The notes below the pieces were generated by a model that worked only from the letters and a program-made list of their open reading frames with translations, ran no database searches and was not told the DNA's origin. From positions 86,862,001-86,926,000 of the forward strand of contig NC_042997.1 of assembly GCF_006345805.1 (NCBI RefSeq): a stretch of 64,000 nucleotides of DNA, given 5' to 3'. This document shows, one piece after another, positions 54,672 through 64,000 of the stretch; the stretch's first letter is position 1, and each line of letters opens with the position of its first letter. Made by a program: the position numbers and the translations under genes. This stretch comes from Octopus sinensis. Its lineage: Eukaryota.

Positions 54672-55309
54672 GTGTATGTAAATGGAGTAAGCCGTCTAGT
54701 AATACGGTTACAAATCATATATCTCCTAGAAAGATGCCCTGGACATGAATTGAATCAGAGATAGATTCAGAATAAATGTCGAAAGGGACAACAGTTTGAA
54801 CGTAAAATTGATATTCTAAACTGTGGCGGGGAATGTATTAGTTGACTATAGTAAATCTCATTGACTTCATACCTATAATTGTAATCAGATAACATGAAAC
54901 AGTCTACCTTAAATTTGTCGGATAGGACGATAAATTAAGTTTATTTAAAAAGATAATTACTGCTTGCAAACTAGTTTTTTGAAGTCTTCAAATGACTGAA
55001 AGTAAACGTTGATATAGTGAAATATTACTGAAATTTGAATAAATAATAGTAATCAAAATATTTTAACAAAGTATAAGTTACAAAATGTTATGTAGATTAA
55101 TCATGGATAAAGGAAGTGATATAATTAAAAATGCAGGTTTATCTCCATATGTGGCACTGAAAATGATTAATAAGAATTACCGAAGAGAATTTCTTACAAT
55201 ATCAAAATTAGCAGAGGCCCATGCTTTTTCATAACACACTTCATAATTTCAGCGGTAACTTGAAATCTATTAAATCTTAATCGTAACTGAAGGCAAATAT
55301 ATTGGTTTC

Positions 55310-55510
55310 GAATTTTGCAACAAGGCCAACTGTTTCGGGTGTGTATGTAGGTCGATTTCGTCGACCCCAATGATTAGCTGGTACTTATTTTGTCACCCCC
55401 ACCCGAAAGGATGAAAGGTAAAGTCGACCTCGGTGGTATTTGAACCCAGAACATAAAGATGGACGGAATACCGCTAAGCGTTTTGCCCGGTATAGTAACG
55501 ATTTTTGCAG
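55310..55510 (-). mobile_element. SINE family B copy
   Basis: GGATGAAAGGTAAAGTCGACCTCGGTGGTATTTGAACCCAGAAC core. Confidence 0.8.
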
Positions 55511-55593
55511 CTTCGTGTCTTACTAAAGACAAATGCATTAAAATAGGTAAATATCCTCAGTATACACATGTGTTTCTGCTAACTGAGAATGTG

Positions 55594-55654
<61 letters not shown>

Positions 55655-58600
55655 CGCACTACAACTATTAGACAAATAAAGATATTTGAATTTTATTAAT
55701 TTATATATATTTACGAAACAAAGTACGTAAGACACGAAGTGTAAATATTAAGTGGAAATCTCGGTGAATTCTAATCACTTTTATTTTCGCGTAGACAATC
55801 TTACTTACCTGTGGTTGTCCATCTAATTAGATGACGATCAACTTCTCCCTCAAATGGGGCTCCTTTGATGACTACTTAAAGAGCAACTGTAACAGAGAAT
55901 TCAACTGCTCTATTAAACGAAGAATCATATCTGCTGCTGTTTGTGGGATACTTTTATGTGCACTCACAAACAGTGAAACTGCAGAAACAGTGGTACTTCA
56001 TAGCTGCTGACGCACGTGTTACACGATCACAGCAACGACGACAGCGATTCATGAAATCCATGACTGTTTCACATTGCAGAAGATTTCTGCAAAATGACGC
56101 TTTATAATTAGGGCGTTGTAGGTGTGCATTTCTCAGTGTCAATATCTTCGTTGTGGAGGGTATAGATCCAATGACAAAGATGAATCAAAATGACTGAAAC
56201 CTCCTCCCAGCAATAGGAAGCTGCTAGGAACTCAATCTATTGTAAACCGTCACAGCTTGTTTTTCAACATTCGTCTTCCTGACAGCAGAGTGGAGCAGAT
56301 AGGTTGTCCCGAGCACAACTAAGTAGTCCTATCTAATATTCTAGTAAGCAGATAATCTGACAAAAACATGTGCTTCATCACCTATAAAGCGCTATTAAAG
56401 TGCACTTGTTCACCATTTCAAGTATTTCTTCATGTACTATTGCTAGTTAACCATCGACTCTATACAGGGCTCATCCGTCATTTTGATAGATTTTGTTTTC
56501 GTTTTACCAGGATACGTGCATCCCTCTCCAGGCCAATTTGGTGAGGTGTCGGTTTAAGTCATCGACGGCACAAATATATAACAGATTGTACAGGATTATA
56601 TGTTGCCAGTGTTATTGACAGTGACCTGCTACATCTAGTTTGGTCCTAAAAGTTATATTTTTCTGAATAAGAAAAGAATACAATATTGTTGCCAAGTTGT
56701 GCCGGCGCTTGCTATCGTTAAGGAGATGACGTTAGACGCAGCTCTTCATTAATCTTCTGGAAATAGATATTATCCTCTTGTAATCTCTGTCCGAACATTC
56801 ACCGACTCCATAAGTATAGATCTCGAATATTTCTTGTAAATGAGGTCTTATTGACCTAGTCAGAGATACAATAAAAAAGAATACAGTTAAGACACATCCT
56901 GACAGAGTGGCTGACCTCTTCGCTTCGCAATCACAAGATCCTAGTTTCGATCCCATTGTCATAACAACTTGTGTAAATGTCTATTACCATAGCCTCGGTT
57001 CAACCAAATCCTTGTGAGTATAATCGAGTTGATGAAAAGTGGAAACTAGTCGAATAGATCGAACTTACAATTTGAGTGTTTAGCTCTGTCACACTTAAGA
57101 TATAAGGGGTAGCTAAGAATTTGACTTCTGACTCTTTTGTGAACCACAAAAAACCAGTCTCTGAAATATGTGCAACGTAGACTGAATAACTGTTTTATAT
57201 TGAAATACTCCTATTAATACATACATACATACATACATACATACATACATACATACATACATACATACATACATACATACATACATACATACATACATAC
57301 ATACATACATACATACATACATGCATGCATACATACATACATACATACTACATACATACATACATACATACATACATACATACATACATACATACATACA
57401 TACATTACATGCATACATACATACATACATACATACATACATACATACATACATACATACATACATACATACATACATGCACACACGCACATACATATAC
57501 ATGTGCTGTGAGAAAAGATAGAATGACCAAATAATATTACACCAGATTTTTAAAAGGATGCGCCAGACGGATCTTTAAGTAACGTTTGGAATACTTCACC
57601 GGTCAATAGAGGAAATATATCCCAAGACCTTGCCATCAAGTGGAAACTGCCACAGAGATAGTAATATTGAATGGAATCTATCCCAGAAGTAAAACGGAGT
57701 AAGATGCTTAAGATCAGTACTAGTAGAATTTCGATATCATACAGTATCACTCAGATAGCGTATGATAAAAAACAGTAGTTAAATCCTTAAATCCTTAAAA
57801 ATGTTTTAGCCCGAAGGCCGCGGCCATGCTGGGGCACCACCGCTGAAATTAAATACATTAACCAAGTATTCGCAAATGAAAAAACAACAATATTTTCTGT
57901 GCCGGGAATGAACCCTTCAAAAAGTATTTTCCCACTGACGAGTTTAAATGCAGAACATTTAAACTTAGATGATGACAACAATGGTAAAGACCTTCATATT
58001 GAAATGCAAAAAAAAAAAAAAGCTTACATATTTTATTGCTGCGCATAGAGATAGACATATAATATTTGTAAAGTGCGTGTTAACTGATTAAAACCCACGT
58101 TGTTCCCTTTTAAGCACTTAGCAACGTAGCCAAATACATAAATTATTTCAAATAAAAATGTCAATTCCTAATCAGAGCTTAGAACCTCAAGGTTTCAAAC
58201 AGTTGTCCAAAGATGTTCTCTTTCTCGCAGTTTATGACAGAAATGTCCTCATCTACCAAGCAACTAACCTCTGTAATGTATGCAATTTATCTTTCCTTTC
58301 TCAAACAACTACACCAGGACTGCAATATTTGCATTTGGCACGACATTCCTATAAAAACTTACGTGAAGTGTAAACATAATATGCTTAATATAATTATTTG
58401 CGACAAAAAAGATCATATACAATCAGTTAGAGGAGCCAACTGCCCCGCAGATAAGAACATTTCTTTTAGAATCAGTAGGAAGGAGGACATTTATCAACGA
58501 CTGCCGCGAAACTTGCAGTTTCTCAACGTTGATTACAAATTATATCAATATTTACTGCATTTGTCTATGTTTGTAAAATGTTTAAACGACCGTCTCCTGG

Positions 58601-58948
58601 GGTGAGCATATACATACAGTCGCATATGTGCATTTGGTGTACACACAGAAACATTACAGTAGTCGCACAGAAACACACACACGCACACATACACATGCAC
58701 GAGAATCTACACATTTTACACGGGTGCGCCTGGATCCACCCGTACACCTACACAGATCCACATACTAATTCACAAATTCACAACTTCCTGGAATTATCAT
58801 GAATCAATGAAAGAAGCCATCTTACTGTCTTTGCGACTGGTCTAGACTCTGCAAAAGAACGATTTTCTCTCTCTTTCTCTCTCTCTCATACACACACACA
58901 CACACATACAAACACGCGTGCACACATAAAGATACACATCAATATATA

Positions 58949-58982
<34 letters not shown>

Positions 58983-59020
58983 CATACAAACACACACACA
59001 CGTATACACACACACACACA

Positions 59021-59096
<76 letters not shown>

Positions 59097-59099
<3 letters not shown>

Positions 59100-59880
59100 C
59101 TCTCATGCTGGAGCACCGCCTTTAGTCGAACAAATCGCCCCCAGGACTTATTCTTTGTAAGCCTAGTACTTATTCTATCGGTCTCTTTTGCCGAACCGCT
59201 AAGTTACGGGGACGTAAATACACCAGCATCGGTTGTCAAGCGATGTTGGGGGGACAAACACAACACACAAACATATATATACACACACACGCACTCACAG
59301 ACACATACATATATATATAGTGACTGTGTGGTAAGTAGCTTGCTTACCAACCACATGGTTCCGGGTTCAGTCCCACTGCGTGGCATCTTGGGTAAGTGTC
59401 TTCTGCTATAGCCCCAGACCGACTAATGCCTTGTGAGTGAATTTGGTAGACGGAAACTGAAAGAAGCCTGTCGTATATATGTATATTTATATGTATGCGT
59501 GTGTATATGTTTGTGTGTCTGTGTTTGTCCCCCTAGCATTGCTTGACAACCGATGCTGGTGAGATTACGTCCCCGGTTCGGCAAAAGAGACCGATTGAAT
59601 AAGTACTGGGCTTACAAAGAATAAGTCCCGGGGTCGATTTGCTCGACTAAAGGCGATGCTCCAGCATAGCCGCAGTCAAATGACTGAAACAAGTAAAAAA
59701 GAGAAAAAAGAAAAAGATATATACACATATATACGACGGGCTTCTTTCAGCTTCCGTCTATCAAATCCACTCACAAGGCTTTGGTCGGCCCGAAGCTATA
59801 GTAGAAGACATTTGCCCAAGGTGCTACGCAGTGGGACTGAACCCGGAACCAGTTGGTTGTTAAACAAGCTACTTACCACA
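59097..59880 (-). mobile_element. Minus-strand SINE family A copy interrupted by a plus-strand family A copy (59320-59697)
   Basis: Minus tail 59097-59260, complete plus copy 59320-59697, minus head 59733-59880. Confidence 0.85.
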
Positions 59881-59916
59881 CAACGTATATATACATATAG
59901 ATATATATGATCAATC

Positions 59917-59966
<50 letters not shown>

Positions 59967-60362
59967 AAAAGGGAAAGGGGTAAATAGGTACATAATGCAA
60001 GTGTGAATGTGTGAGTGGAAGTGGTGTGTGTTTGTGTGTGTGTGTAAGTGTACGAATGCTGCATTGCAGTTGGGGTCTGGCTGCTTCTGAACCGAAGGTG
60101 AGAGACTACTTAACAAAACACACAGCGTCTGACCTGTTGTTTATCACCTGACGCACCTGTCACACTCACTTGTTCAGCGTCGTGTCGAATACAGGACCAT
60201 CACCAACACCACCACCATCAGCACCACCAGCACCCACCCCCATCAGTATCACCCCTTCCTTCCTTCCTTCCTTCCTTCCCCCTCCATCCCTCCCCCGCCT
60301 ATCACCGTCGCCACAATCCAACAACCACAATTACAATGTGCAACTACCTCTACCATCATCGT

Positions 60363-60425
<63 letters not shown>

Positions 60426-60504
60426 CGCCGCCACTACCATTTTTATCACCATCACCACCACCGCGCCTTCTATTATTACCAGCACCGACTACTATTATCA
60501 CGAC

Positions 60505-60725
60505 TAGTACAAAGGCGGCGAGATGGCAGAACCGTTAGCACGCTGGGCGAAATGCTTAGCAGTTTTTCGTCTGCCACTACGTTCTGAGTTCCGAGTTCAA
60601 AATTCCGCCGAAGTCGACTTTGCCTTTCATCCTTTCGGGAATGAATAAGTACCAGTTACGCACTGAGGTCGATGTAATCGATTTAATCCCCTCCCCGCAA
60701 GCTGCCCTTGTGGCAAAAATTTGAA
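60505..60725 (+). mobile_element. SINE family B copy
   Basis: AAGGCGGCGAGATGGCAGAACCGTTAGC...GAGTTCAAAATTCCGCCGAAGTCGACTTTGCC. Confidence 0.85.
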
Positions 60726-60780
60726 ATCGTTATTACTACTTGTACTACTGCTACTGCTGTTGCTGCTGCTGCTGCTGCTG

Positions 60781-60828
<48 letters not shown>

Positions 60829-61363
60829 AGTCCATCACCATCATCATTATCTCGTCTTATTGACACCAACGCAACTACCAAAATCACTTCAACTACTGCT
60901 ACTACTACTATGCCATCTCTGAGCAACCACCTCTATTAAAACCACTAGCAGTTATCAATCCACTTAGCATAATCAACGTCACACGGCGACACACCGCCGA
61001 TGTGGGCCCTATGTCCGGGGCCACTATAGCGACCCTTATTTGCTCCAACACCAAACATAAGAGAACCACCTTATTTCAAAAGCGCCATTGACTTTCCACT
61101 ACTACCGCAACTTCCGTCGACGCCACCCCCGCACGTCCTACACCACTACAACAGAAACCGAACCCGTCAACACCGCAAGCATCACCTCGCCTTGCGTTGC
61201 TCTGAACTGGGCAATGATGACTCTAAGCTATCTGTGACACTATTGACTGTCCCGCAGCTTAACAAACTCTTCGCTCTCCTTTGATTCTCCCTCATTCTCC
61301 GCATATGCGTGTAGTGTGTGTGTGTGTGTGTGGGCGGGTGGAGGACAGTATATACATACATGC

Positions 61364-61458
<95 letters not shown>

Positions 61459-61495
61459 CATGTATGTATGTATAGATAGATAGATAGATAGATAG

Positions 61496-61537
<42 letters not shown>

Positions 61538-61560
61538 TAGATAGATAGAGATAGATAATA

Positions 61561-61864
61561 TTCTTTTATTCTTTTACTTGTTTCAATCATTTGACTGCGT
61601 TCATGCTGGAGCACGGCAATAATTTTACTCGAATAAATCAACCCCAGGACTTAATTCTTTATAAGTACTTATTCTGTTGCCGAACCGCTAAGTTACGGGG
61701 ACGTAAACACACGAACATCTGTTGTCAAGCGATATATATATATATACATATATACAATGGGCTTCTTTCAGTTTTCGTCTATCAAATCCTCTCATAAGGC
61801 TTTGGTCGGCCCGAGACTATAGTAGAAGATACTTGCCTAAGGTGCCACGCAGTGCGACTGAGCC
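61561..61864 (-). mobile_element. SINE family A copy
   Basis: Reverse complement of tail, body and partial head. Confidence 0.85.
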
Positions 61865-62103
61865 ATATGTATATATATATATATATCCATATATATGTGT
61901 GTGTATATGTATATATATGTATATATATATTGCGTTCCTTCTTTCTTTCCTTTCCTGAGCGTCCAATAACACTATACTTGTTCCACGTCCTCGCATTGTT
62001 GCGTTTTCTCTTTGTTTTCATGTTTGGATTAACTATATATATACATATATATATACACACATATGTATCTATGTACATATGTATATCCATACACACACAC
62101 GCA

Positions 62104-62164
<61 letters not shown>

Positions 62165-63429
62165 ACATATGTATATATATTTATCAAAAGTGCTTCCAGC
62201 CATCTTTGCAGTTTAGCCTTTTGTTGTAAAGGTCTTGTGTGTGTCTTGTCTTGTTTCGTTCCGTTTGACATGATTGTAATAAAAGCCTGGACACGTTCCC
62301 GTCTTTTGTTGTGGCACACTTGTTTTAGAACTTGTACGAAGCTCAGGTCGGCACAGGCAGATGGTGTTTGCAGAACGGCGATATTTAACGGTGTGTCTGG
62401 CTGCCTGCGTGTACACACACACACACACACACACACACGTTAAAATATTCAGAGAATCGAGAGCAGACTGGCTCACTCTTTCTGCTCTCCTCTCTTTCCC
62501 CTTCTCTCTCTGTCTTTCTCGCTCTCTGTATATACGCACATGTAGACATGTAGTATATGTTTATAAGTATGTATGTATAGATGTATGTGCGTGTGTGTGT
62601 TGTGTGTGCTCAGGTAGACATAAAGAGGGAGAAGGAAGGTTATAATGAGAAAGAAACAGAAGGCACACGCACACACACACACATATGCACGTGTGCGCAT
62701 GCATTAGTGTGATACATTCATAAATATAGAGAGGAAAAAGTTCTTACACACACATACACATACACACACCTGAACATATAAATACACGAGCATACGAACA
62801 CATAAAAGGTGTGCGCGTCTCTGAATGAGGATGGGGAGATTTTCTTAGATGAAGAGAAGGATTATGTGTGTGTGTGTGTGTGTGTCTGTGTATGTTTATG
62901 TATGTATGTAGGTTGGTAGGTAAATTAGACAGGCGGGCGGTGAGGTTTATATGCGTGAGTAAGTGTGTTAGTATTTACACATGAACGTATAAGCTGAATG
63001 GAATATACGAAGGAAAAAAAATGATAAGGTGAATGAGTAACCGAGAAACTAAGGACGAAATACAGCAAATACGAAAGAGAGAGAGAGAGAGAGAGAGAGG
63101 GAGAGGGGGGAGATGTGGTGGAGATGTTAAGATTTCACAGAAGAAGAATCGTTACACCAGCCAACTCAACAAAGAATTCTTGTCAGAGATGATTTTGGAT
63201 GGACCAGAGATGATATTTTATGCAAATTTCAAAATTATCTAAGTAGGTATAGATTTGAGAATACACCGGTTATTTGGCTTTTTAAATATGTATGAAATAT
63301 TTTGCATTTTTCAGAACGTTTTCTCACATTATTCCTATTTAATAAACATGCTTTGAGAAAATAAAAATCATCGAGCCCTTTTTTATCATTTTCGGTGGGG
63401 CGACTTGCCCGGACCAATGCAATTCTTTC

Positions 63430-63800
63430 ATGTCAGGTGTCCTGATCAAGGGAATGTAGCATGAAAGTCTGGCTTAAGTTTTTGTCACATTGGTCTTTCG
63501 CTAACTGAAATATCTCGTCTGCGCACACCACGACTACAGACAATAGAAGTAGTTCACTGATAGAACTGGTTGATTCTGGCTGCTGACGGTTTGTCGTCTG
63601 CTCATCCGCTCATCATCTAGTGATATTCACCACTGACTCAATAACTTTATCTCCCGAAATAATTTACATGCGTCATGCTGCGCTACACGATTTCAATGTA
63701 CCCTGGCTCGAGTGACTACATGCTATCTAACCCAAAACTAGGATCCTGACAAATGTTACGACTCCAGGTCATAGTAAAACTTCCGAACCAGGGTCCCACT
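63430..63800 (+). mobile_element. Possible highly degenerate CR1/L2-type LINE endonuclease remnant
   Basis: Weak translated similarity: LTE.., GC..FV and HDFNVPWLE*L, resembling GDFNVHH.LWL. Confidence 0.3.
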
Positions 63801-64000
63801 ACCTTATGCACTTTAGAACCATACTCCTTTTCTATTAAGATACAATGACAAATTATTAAAAAGGTTCTTATGAAAATATACTTTGATTAACATACTAGTA
63901 TTCTTTGGTTGACATACAAGTGACCAAGACAAGAAGATGACACCACGTTGAATTAGCTCTGTTATCAAAAGCGTGAATTTTATTTCGTAACATAATTCAA

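Noticed and set aside
58213-58605. 130-aa non-repetitive ORF
   Set aside because: No recognisable motif or splice context; compatible with a chance ORF. A tBLASTn/RNA-seq check would settle it.

Overview
AT-rich, microsatellite-saturated animal genomic DNA. The two dominant tRNA-derived SINE families and the (AT)n/(CA)n/(CATA)n load look like an octopus (coleoid cephalopod) genome; this is inferred, not proven. Almost all ORFs in the supplied track are microsatellite translations. The only convincing host-gene signal is a minus-strand first coding exon at 13707-13863. It starts with a SNAG repressor motif (MPRSFLIKK) and ends at a GTGAGT donor, as in Snail/Scratch/Gfi1-type C2H2 transcription factors. 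A TATA/Inr promoter candidate lies about 1.07 kb upstream; I found no downstream zinc-finger exons in the window. The rest is transposable-element debris: Penelope-like elements (Neptune/Poseidon-type and Naiad-type), Helitron, mariner, Tc1, pogo/Tigger-like and MULE-like TIR elements, LINE remnants and many SINEs. The most striking structure is a set of nine hammerhead-ribozyme-like motifs. Two are fully intact and sit in a perfect 205-bp inverted repeat bracketing a truncated Naiad-type element. Several phased E-box/CTCF-like clusters lie upstream of the SNAG gene. A 100-N gap is at 8075-8174. No CRISPR, rRNA or bona fide tRNA gene is supported.
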